A stretch of DNA of 63,224 nt, counting the filler, from Craspedostauros australis (lineage: Eukaryota), in the NCBI GenBank assembly GCA_030167865.1. It is 5 parts of 5 records of this genome, joined end to end, with 100 filler letters (N's around TTAATTAATTAA, not from the genome) between each part and the next. Parts side by side here need not be neighbours in the genome. Positions count along the whole stretch, not along the records: positions 47,620 to 63,224 come from JALAGF010005722.1; 4 more parts are not named here. One strand, 5' to 3'. Position numbers and translations under genes: made by a program. The notes beneath the pieces are model-generated. The model saw only the letters and a program-made list of their open reading frames with translations, was not told where the DNA came from and searched no databases. This document shows positions 49,611 to 59,626 of this stretch, piece by piece. Numbering within the stretch: the stretch's first letter is position 1; each line of letters opens with the position of its first letter.

Positions 49611-49760
49611 ACGATAAGACAGGAAACAGTGTACCTACCACCAAACGAGTTGCACAGGAGTGCAGCAATCATGCTTCAACACAGTTTCCACACAGATCAG
49701 TCTACAGTGATGGAATCTAGATATACCACTATAGGGAGTAGCTTCCAGTTTTGTTAAGCC

Positions 49761-51011
49761 CTAACCCGGACTAGTATTGAGAGCTCGCATTGGCATTGGA
49801 TCAGTTGCCTTACTGTTCTCTGTCATCACATCGTAGAGGGTGCGTCTCACAGGTTCATTGAAGTAGATGGGACGGCGAATGTTGCTTTTGGACTTGGTTC
49901 GAGTCATTGTTTGGATGGTGTCGACAGTACTGATGGGGCTGTGTCTTCGTGGAACGTTTGAGTGAAGGAGGAGCAGCGTGATGGCGGTTATCATCCAGGC
50001 GTTAGTAGCCGTGACGTACCACCCGTGCTCGGCTCCGAGAATGTAGACTTGGAAGGTTACGAAAGAAAGAATTGATCCGATCACACAGCTGAGGTAGTTG
50101 AAGGAGGTGAAGAGGTTCCACACAAACGACCACCATTCCTTCTCGTCTTGGCTGGTGGCAGCTGTGAAACAGGTCCAAGCGGCCATGTCGACGACGAGGT
50201 GATCAGGCTTGGCGTTGCTGTTGCCTTTACCTTTCGGCTTGAAGTTGTCTTGATGAGTCTCGGTGTTATGCGAAAGGTGCCAACGACGACACTTCGCGCA
50301 CCACATGAACGTCTTGTCGTAGACAAGCTTGCGCTGTGGTTCACCCGCTTTGGGTGGCGTGGATGCCCAACCTTGGTTCGGTTTTCGATTGCCGTTGTTG
50401 TTGTTGGGCTTCTTTGGTTGATTCTTCTTCTTCGCGTTGTTCCTTCCGAAACCCTTGTGTTGCTCGAGGATGTTGGCCTTTGGATGCTTGGCTACGTTGT
50501 TGAAGTACAATTGCCTGGGGACGTTGCGGTCCTTGACGCGTCTAATGGCGTGCCAACGATCTCCACGTACTCCGTTGTCGTACGAAGACTGCGCTTTGTT
50601 GCAGATTGCCATCCAGGTGAGGTCCTTGGCTGCGAGCTTTGGAAGAGCTTCTTGGTACGTGAATACGGGGAGACGCTTGAGGATTTCCTCAAGGTCATCC
50701 TTCATCACATAAAGAGGATGTCGGTATTGTTCACCAGAGAGGAACTTGCCGCCTGCCTGAAGGAAGGCGTCGAGGATGTTGCGGAGCAGATGGAGGTCAA
50801 AGCGACCAGCGTCATCGAGGCTCTTGCAGAGGGCACGAAGCTTGACAGCCATGTCGCCGACGTTCTCACCAGCGAACTGGGAACAATCGACTTGACGAAT
50901 ATCCTTAGCGATCTTGTCTTGCTCGTCCAACGAGTTGGCGGTGATGCTATTCATGAACTCGATGAAAAGGGTTAGGAAGTGGTTGTGGTACTTCTCTTCG
51001 ATTCGGTTCAT
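49761..51011 (-). mobile_element. Gag-like fragment of a diatom Ty1/copia (CoDi-like) retrotransposon, abutting an LTR of another element
   Basis: FAGENVGDMAVKL; GWASTPPKAGEP...KTFMWCAKCRRWHLSHNTETH (atypical CxxC...H....H knuckle that I recognise from diatom copia Gag). The 5' end is cut off by the LTR at 51015. Confidence 0.7.
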
Positions 51012-51014
51012 GAG

Positions 51015-51865
51015 TGTTGGAAATCCGGGGTTATAGTAGTAGACTAATCTGTTATCAGTCTGTACCGTTTTAGAACTGTGAGCACAACGTGCTCATCTCC
51101 TTTCGATTCCAATTTCATAACAAGCATGATCTGCAGTAGCCACCCAAGGTTACACCCTTTAGCTTGGCTCCTTTCATCTGCATCTTCATCTTGCGTTCAT
51201 CGTGGTTCATCGCTTGCTTAGCTGAAGGTTGGAGAGTACCTACATTCGTCAAGTTCATACTCGTAGACCTGTAGGTACCTCTCCTTCGGTCTCCTGTCAN
51301 CTCACTGGTCCCACTTTGGTTCGTGTCATTTCAGTTCCTCCCTNCGGTCATCTNGATGGTTGCCTTTGGATGTTTGGAACTTATTGTCGTCTGGATCGTG
51401 GTCTTGGGTGAATAGGGATCGCCTCTGTTTCGCTTTCTCATATTAGGTTCTCAGGGACGCGTCAACTTGTTCAGATATATTGGTTGTCGCGCTCATTCGA
51501 TTCACTCAGGGCTGGTGTGTTGCCATCGTCATAGATCTCTCGGTTCCCNNNNNNNNNNNNNNNNNNNNNNNNNNNNNNNNNNNNNNNNNNNNNNNNNNTC
51601 TCTCGGTTCCCGACCGTTATCGGGACATGGCCGAGTAGGCCACTGGATGAGGGTGGTTGGATGTCGCATAAGACAGGTAAGGCCATTGGGCTGTCCGAGT
51701 GCAACTGGTCGATTGCTAGGTTGCGGTTTGTCTGGGAGATGCTATTGGGGGTTGCGGCAATGATGGGTATCTTTGCACTTAATACCATTCCGGTTCCAGT
51801 CAGTCCTCATGGGAGCTGCGGTAGAATAGGGTATCTTTGCAAAGTCGTACCCCCGATTCCTGACA
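51015..51865 (-). repeat. 3' LTR (includes a 50-N gap)
   Basis: + strand TGTTGGAAATCCGGGGTTAT...CCCCGATTCCTGACA. Confidence 0.93.
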
Positions 51866-51961
51866 CCCTTCCATTGTCCCACCACCATACTCACTCACAC
51901 ACACAAATCGTCTCTCGTCACACTCCCTTGTCTCGCTCTCGCACTCATCTCTTCTGTCCCA

Positions 51962-54900
51962 TTAGTCCATGGTTGATCTCAATTGAATGATGCTCCCTTT
52001 GTGTCTATCGTAGATCTCCTTCTTTGTATTCTTGGTGAAGCCGTCTCCGATGTTGTCCTCTGAGCGCACAAACTGAATTCGTGCCTCTCCGTTGTCTATC
52101 AGTTCCCGAGTGAAGTGATGTCGTATGTCGATGTGTCTCGTTCGCGCTGATGTCGACGGATTGGAGGCAATGAAGATAGCCCCCACATTGTCCACATACA
52201 CATCCACTGGTTTGGTCATCGTCAAGCCGATGTCCTCCATTAGCTGCGTGAGGAAGCGGATCTCTTTTCCTGCTTCTGACAGGGCAACGTATTCCGCCTC
52301 TGTCGAGCTGAGGGTTACACTTTGTTGTGCCTTCGATCTCCATATGATGGGCACCCCTTGCAGTAGGACAAGATGTCCCCCGACACTGATTCGGTTATCC
52401 TTGTCTCCCGCGAACTCGCTGTCTGCGTAGATCTCGATCTTCCATGCGTGGTTCTCCAGCGGGGTTGGCTGCATCCGCAGTCCATAGTCCCTCGTGTCCG
52501 ACACGAACTTCATCACTCGCAGCATCTCCTTATATGCAGCTGCTGATGGTCCGTCTAACACTTTGGTAAGCTCGCGCACCGCATTCGCAATGTCTGGTCG
52601 CGAGTGCTTCACCAAGTATAGCAGTATACCTACTCAGCTTCGGTATCAGCTGTGTCGGTCACTGTCCACTTTGGGTAGGTCGCTGTTTCTCTGGATACCC
52701 TGTCCTGGTGTTCCTGGGGTTCCGTATCGTTGTAGAGTCAGCACGTCATCCTTGAATGTATCGATGATATTCTTGATGATGTGTGGCTGGTTCACCCAGC
52801 AGTTTGACTGGTCGTTATTGAAGATGATCTTGCAGCTGAGGTAGTCTTCTAGGTCATTCTCCACCTTGATTCCGAATTGCTCAGCTTTGATGTCGATCGT
52901 CAGTTGCTTCAACTCCTCCTTTTCCCCGATGCATAGGCAGTCGTCAACGTAGGTGCCTATCAGCAGCAGTCTCCCTTCCTGATTCCGAATCAGAAGGCAT
53001 GGATCCACCTTGCTCTGTCGAAATCCCAGCTTGAGTAGAATGTCGACCAGCTTTTTGTTCCATTGTCGGGCGCTCTGCACCAATCCGTAGATGGTCTTCT
53101 TGAGCAGCAAGCATTCGTCGGCGTCGGCCTCATGCCTCATGCCCTTCGGGCATTGCATGTAGGTCTCTTTGTCGAGTTCTCTATGCAAGAATGCTGTCTC
53201 AAAGTCGATGATGATACTGTCCATGTGCAGCAGCATCTTCATAGTGAGCATGATGCGATAGGTTGCGTCATGAATCACTGGTGCGTGGTGTGCTGAGAAG
53301 TCCACTCCTGCAATCTGTGAGTAGCCGCAGGCGACGAGTCTAGCCCGGAAGACTCCGTTCCTCTTCTCCTTGAATACCCATTTGGTCTTCACGCATCGCT
53401 GATCCCTCGGCATTTGGTTCCTCTTGATCTTCTCCCATACTCCTCTTCTGGTCATATCGTTGAACTCCTTGTTGATGGCCTCTCGCCACTTCTTTCTCTT
53501 CTCGGGATCCGCATGATCCCAGCATTCTTCAAAGGTGGTTGGGTCTAGCATCATTGCTATGCTTGCTTGCTCGGGTCTGGCTCGATCGTTCGTTCCTTGG
53601 CTCGCAGTGATGAAGTCATCCAGCCTCATCTTTCCGTGAGTGGTGTCGATCATCATGCCTGCGACGTCTCTGTTGAACATCGACCCGTCTGTGTGGAAGC
53701 TCGGTTCCCCTGTCGCCGTTGGCTCGACTTCTGTCTCTTGAGCAGTCTCTTGCTTCTCATCGTCGGTCTCGGAGGCCTTGCTAGATCCGTAGTCTCTGTC
53801 CTCTTTAGGAACGGGCGAATTGTTGTACCCTGCGAGATCTCGGACCATCTTCGGCACGTACGCAACAGGTGTTGCGACTGGAGTCGAGGGTGGTTCTTCT
53901 GCTACCGTTCTTTCCTCACTCCTTTCGTCCTCGTCCCTTCCGGATTCATCGCCGACGTTATCGAGCGGTTCCTGATCCTCTTGGACGGGCGGCAGGTCGT
54001 CCTGCTCTGGCATAGCATCTCCTGTATCTCCTTGTTCTCCGGTTCTGCTGCGCTGCTCATCGTCATCGGTCTCTATATTACTCATAGTATCCGGTTGACG
54101 AAGCCAAGTCACTCCTCTCTCTGGAGATGATTCTCTTGATGAGGAGTCGTCGTCTGTGTTCATCACTCTGGATCTGTTGGTATCCTTGATACCCTTGAAC
54201 TCTCCATACAACTTATTCAACCATGTCACATCTCGAGTCATCAGGATTCTCGAGGTGGCAAGATTCATCATGCGGTACACTCCTTTCGCGTGCGACTGTC
54301 CGTATCCCACGAACATGGCAGGTTTGGAGCGATCGTCTAGCTTCGCCTTGATAGCTTGCCCACCAATGTGCACCATCCCCATTTCACCGAACACATGCAG
54401 GTCGTTTGCATACTTCGGGATTTTTCCGTTTAAGAGTATACAAGCTGGTTCCCTTGACTTCGTGCCAATGATGTTCTCCAGCTGTGTCGCTGTGTGAGCA
54501 GCCTCTGCCCACAGCTTGCCTCGCGTTGGTTTTGGTAGATGGGTTTGGTTCAGCATGGCGCGTACTTTGCCGTAGAGTGTCGCGAATTTCCTTTCGACGC
54601 GACCATTCTGTTGCAGGGTCGATGCGGCAGTGTATTCGAAGGTTGGGGCGAATCCCCTGTTAAGTAAGAGTTTCTCTGCAGAACGATTCTCACCTGCATT
54701 GTCACATTCTGACATTTTGAACCGTTACTCGCTGATTCGCCTGGAGCCATTGGAACAACAAGAGCATTTTCGACCCCACGTCGCTTTTCTCTGTGACGAA
54801 GTAACTCCAGCAGTAGTCGCTGTAATCATCGATCACAAGAAGCCAGTATTTGCCCTTTCCCAGGCTGTGTGTCTGAACACTCGATGTGTCCATGAACAAT

Positions 54901-57735
54901 CGATCCCCAACTCCTTTCGCTCGTTGTTGAGTCGCTTTCGACATCGGTCTCTGTCGCGATTTCCCAATCGCGCAGTCAACACACACGTTCAGTTTTCCTG
55001 TCACGTTCCAGCCGTACCTCCCTGCTGTTCGAGAGATGGTGTACGCGTCAACGTGGCCTAACNNNNNNNNNATTGTGTTGATGTCGACTGGTGCGTCGGT
55101 TGACACACCAACATGAGCTTGGTCGTCCGTTTTGGCGTTGTTCACCATGGTCACTCCGCAAACGAAGCCACTATGAGTTGTCATGATGCGGTCGAAGCTG
55201 ATGCGGGCCTTGCCTTTCTTTAGGGTCATGATGACGCCGAGGTTGCTGATGTTGAATCCGCTCTCGAGAGCCTTGTTGATGCTCAGTAGATTGACCCACA
55301 ACTTGGGCACGTATTTCACCGACTTGAGCACCACGTTGTATCTCCTTCCGTTCCTTTGCATGACCGTCATGCGCTTGTCGCCCACCTTGGTAACCTTGAG
55401 GAAGCGTCCGCTTCCGATCTTCACCGATTGGTCGGAGACTTGGACGTTGGTCATCCCCTTGTCACAGTTGGTGAGATGGCACGATGCGCCGGAATCGCCC
55501 AACCAGGTGTTGCTCTCGTAGTAATCTGGTGCGATGGCGGATCTCTTCGCATCGACGTCGTTCACGTTCCCGATCATCAGAGCTACCTCGTGGTGATCAC
55601 CGTGTTCCGTGTAGAGCGGTAACACCGAGAGTTCTGGCTTCGAGTCTCGAACCCCTTTGTCGCTGTCGTGATGCATCCAGAGGATGGAGTGCGAGGCATG
55701 GAGGGTCATGCAAGAGATCAGATTGCTAGGGAAGGGTTGGCGATAGTGAGCTTCCAAGCTGTTGTTGATGTTGCAGGGGTTGCAACAAACGGCCATCGTA
55801 GTGATCATGCCGATGTCATGCAGCTTGAAGTACACTGAGCGTGGTTCAATCTGTGGAGTATGGTCCCCTGTGTGAGTATGCACAGCATCGTAGCACAATA
55901 GGGCGAGTTCGTTTCGCACCTCGTTGGCTGGGAGCACGTTGCTCAACGACGCTCGAATGGCGTAGCGGAGGGAACCGGTCCTTGCGAGCATGGCGCGGCG
56001 CTCCGCGCGTTCTGCATCGTTGCTCGGCACGTCCCCGCGTGGGTTGTTGTGGAGCTGGATGAAGAATGGGACTTGGGGGCATTCCACGCACCATGCGTAG
56101 AGTGGTCCTCGCTTGAGGCACAAAGGGCACCAGGCGGTGTTGGTGGTGAGCCGTGCAGCATTCTCGATCATCCGTTCTACAAGAGAGAGCTCAGGGGCAA
56201 AGTTGTACACCGGGCGGCGCGCCTCTTCTTGGTTGGCTCCGCCCATGTCATCGTCGACATCTTCGGTGTCGGTGGCCCCTTCGTTGGTGAGGCTTGCGTC
56301 GTAGTAGGACTCCTGTCCTGGGTTGGTGTTGCTCATCTTGTTGTTGATGTTGTGTGGTCTCAAGGAAACAGTGGGAGATGTGTCAGTCTGTTTGACGATG
56401 GCTGCAAAGGCGACGTCCTCCATTACCTTGGAGTCAGCTTGGTAATCGCTGTCGTTGTCACGCATTTTCGCTTCCCCTGTGTTCACAGACAAGTTGGTCA
56501 CATTTTCCAATTCGTTCGTGTTTCCCGAGGTGGGCACACAAATTAACTCATCTGTCATCACAAGAGCCACGTCGTTATTTCCCTCCATCCCATCAGTTGC
56601 CACATTAGCCGAGTCTGCCTCTTTCATGGCTGCCTTCAGCTTGAAGCACTGTAGGATCTTGTGTCCCTTCTTACCGCAGTACTTACATTCCCCATTGAAC
56701 TTGGGCTTGCTGTTGTTGTCTCCTTGGCCACTCTTCTTGTTCTTACCGTTGCCTTTCTGGGGGGCGGAGCGGCAGTCTACCTTCTTGTGACCGTAGGCGC
56801 CACAGTTCCGGCAGTGACCTTTGAAGCCTCCTACTGCAGCGAATGCAGTCTCTTCCTTGTTATTGTTGCTCTCACGTCTGTTGCCGCCAAGCTTGAGGTG
56901 TCGGCCGTCGTAGGTGGCGCTGACAGCCTCACGGATGTCTTCGAGGGTCATGGTATCTTCCATACCGTCGAACTTGAGCTCCAAGAGCTTGACATCCATC
57001 TCGTATTCCCTTCCGAGGGCGTTGAGTACGAGCATGTGGTACTGTTGCATATCTATCTTGATACCAGTACTACCGAGGCGATTACGCAGCACTTCCATTT
57101 CGGTTAGGAACGTGTCTGGGTGCTCGCCTTTCTTCAACCGCATCCCATTGAGTTGAGCCAACAACTTTGCCTTGACAGGCGCAGTGCGTTGCTCGTAGAT
57201 GCGTTCAAGGGCCTTCCACGCCTTGCGTGGGTCTCCACTCTCAGTGGGTCCGCCCTTGGTTCCCACCACANNNNNNNNNNNNNNNNNNNNNNNNNNNNNN
57301 NNNNNNNNNNNNNNNNNNNNGTTCAAGGGCCTTCCACGCCTTGCGTGGGTCTCCACTCTCAGTGGGTCCGCCCTTGGTTCCCACCACAGCCATGAAGGCG
57401 ACATTGCCTTCCGTAGTTTCATGGTTGATTGCCATGGCCAGTTCTTCAAACGCGCACTTAGCCAGCCCATTCTTGTACACCTCCTTCTCCTCAGCAGTCA
57501 TNGAGGCTATCTTCTTCGCGATAGACTCACCCTCTTCGATCTTCACATCGGAGATGAGGGCGCTGGGGCCGAAGGGAGCTGGCTTCACCTCCACCTTGTC
57601 TAGATCCATGAGATACANGTCCTCAAGGCCCCTGCCCGCGGCGCGAGCTAGGAACTTGATGCTCCAACCTGTCCAGCTGGAACGCTTGCCGTCGAAGATA
57701 ACGACGCGGTCACTCTTGCGAAGATAGGAACTCAT
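51962..57735 (-). pseudogene. Copia gag-pol polyprotein, disrupted
   Basis: Gag (IFDGKRSSWTGWSIKF), two CCHC knuckles (CRNCGAYGHKKVDC, CKYCGKKGHKILQC), protease WLGDSGASCH, integrase (CDNAGEN, QQNGRVERKF), RT (RARLVACGYSQ, IYGLVQSAR, YVDD) and RNase H (ADSEFAGD, SSTEAEY, VDNVGA). One-base frameshift near 54707; two in-frame TGA at 52648-52646 and 52636-52634. Confidence 0.92.
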
Positions 57736-57817
57736 GGTCGAAGTGGTGGTGGTGATGTTTGTTGCTGTGTTGGTGGGTGATGGAAACGTTGGATTTCAAT
57801 TGTAACGTTTCGAAACG

Positions 57818-58605
57818 TGTTGGAAATCCGGGGTTATAGTAGTAGACTAATCTGTTATCAGTCTGTACCGTTTTAGAACTGTGAGCACAACATACTCATC
57901 TCCTTTCGATTCCAATTCCATAACACGCATGATCTGCAGTAGCCATCCTTGGTTACGCTCTTGGGCATGGCTCCTTTCATCTGCATTTGCATCTTGCATT
58001 CATCGTGGTTCATCGCCTGTTTCGCTGCATGTTGGAGAGCACCTACATTCGTCGAGTTCATACCCATAGACCTGCGGGTACCTCTCCTTGGGTCTCATGT
58101 CACCTCACTGGTCCCACTTCGGTTCGTGTCATTTTGGTTCCTTCCTTCGATCATTTCGATGGTTGCCTTTGGATGTTTGGAACTTATTGTCATCTCGATT
58201 GTGGTCTTGGGCGAATAGGGATCGCCTCTGTTTCGCTTTCTTACCTTAGGTTCTCAGGGAAGCGTCGACTTGTTCAGATATATTGGTTGTCGCGCTCATT
58301 CGATTCACTCAGGGCTGGTGTGTTGCCGTCGTCATAGATCTCTCGGTTCCCGACCGTTATTGGGACATGGCCAAGTAGGCCTCTGGATGAGGGTGGTTGA
58401 ATGTCGCATAAGACAGGTAAGGCCATTGGGCTGTCCGAGTGCAATTGATCGATTGCTAGGTTGCGGTTTGTCTGGGAGATGCTATTGGGGGTTGCGGCAA
58501 TGATGGGTATCTTTGCACTTAATACCATCATGGTTCCAGTCAGTCCCCATGGGAGCTGTGGTAGAACAAGGTATCTTTGCAATGTCGTACCCCCGATTCC
58601 TGACA
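57818..58605 (-). repeat. 5' LTR (788 nt)
   Basis: Same termini as the 3' LTR; the first 74 nt on the + strand are identical. Confidence 0.93.
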
Positions 58606-59626
58606 GAGAGTATGCTGTGATTCGTCAGAATTACAGCAGAAACGGAACACACGAAAATGAGCAAGATTTCTGGAGGAAATTTGCAATCGACGATTTGTGA
58701 GAGAATTAGAATATCGTCTGTCCGTCCATCAATGGTACCAAGAGAATCTCGAGGTATTTCCCAACTAAACCTCAGATGACGATATCATCTGACAGGCTGC
58801 TGCATCACCAATGGAACTTGACATCCGGAGAGCAGAAGGACTCCTACTGACGTTGACAGGATGTCATCATGTCACCACGTCAACATCTGTCTCCAAGTCA
58901 GAACAGGAGGCAAAAATCTGATGACCAAAGGGCATCAGCATCATGGATACAGAAGGTGAACTTCAAATGGTGAGTACTCATGGAGTAGGAGCCAGTACTG
59001 ATTAGACGGAGTGTCGAATGCGGAGTATGCATCGAACACGGAGTATCGTGTGGCACAAAGCACACGATACTGAGAGAGAGAGAGAGAATACAGAGAGGAG
59101 CGAGAGAGCATCTCGCGTACCGACTCATAGTCGGAGACCGAATCTACGAAACAGACTGAAGCACCAAGAGCATCGGGCAAGTGAACGGGCGTACACTGAG
59201 AGGATCGGAGTGCCAACGTAATGAAATAGCAAACAGACGACTATCAACCAATACCATCTTCCACGATCGTAGGCTTCCAATCACAGAACTTGCCAACACT
59301 GGTAGGGAAAATTTGTTCAAAAAACATCTAGTGTCATGTTATCGCCCATAATATGTGCGTTAAGCTCCGGTCGTAATGGGATAACCCTGGATTTCCAACA
59401 TGTGGGGTGATGAGTTGTGTTCAAATCAACTAGTTCAGTGTTTAGTCGCAAGCAAGGAGGCCACCGACTTTGGTAACTGCTCTTGATGCTACATCTCAAC
59501 AGCACATCATTGCCAATTAACCCTGAGCAGTACATAAACTTGGCCAGTTGTGTTGGGAAAATTGCAGTGAACTAGATTCCGGGAATTCCAGCTATTTCCA
59601 GTGATGTGCGGAGGCCTTGGAAGATG

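Larger units (their letters stand above)
51015..58605 (-). mobile_element. Near full-length Ty1/copia LTR retrotransposon
   Basis: Two TG...CA direct repeats flank a gag-protease-integrase-RT-RNase H coding region in copia order. A purine-rich tract (minus strand GGGACAATGGAAGGG) immediately precedes the 3' LTR. Confidence 0.95.
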
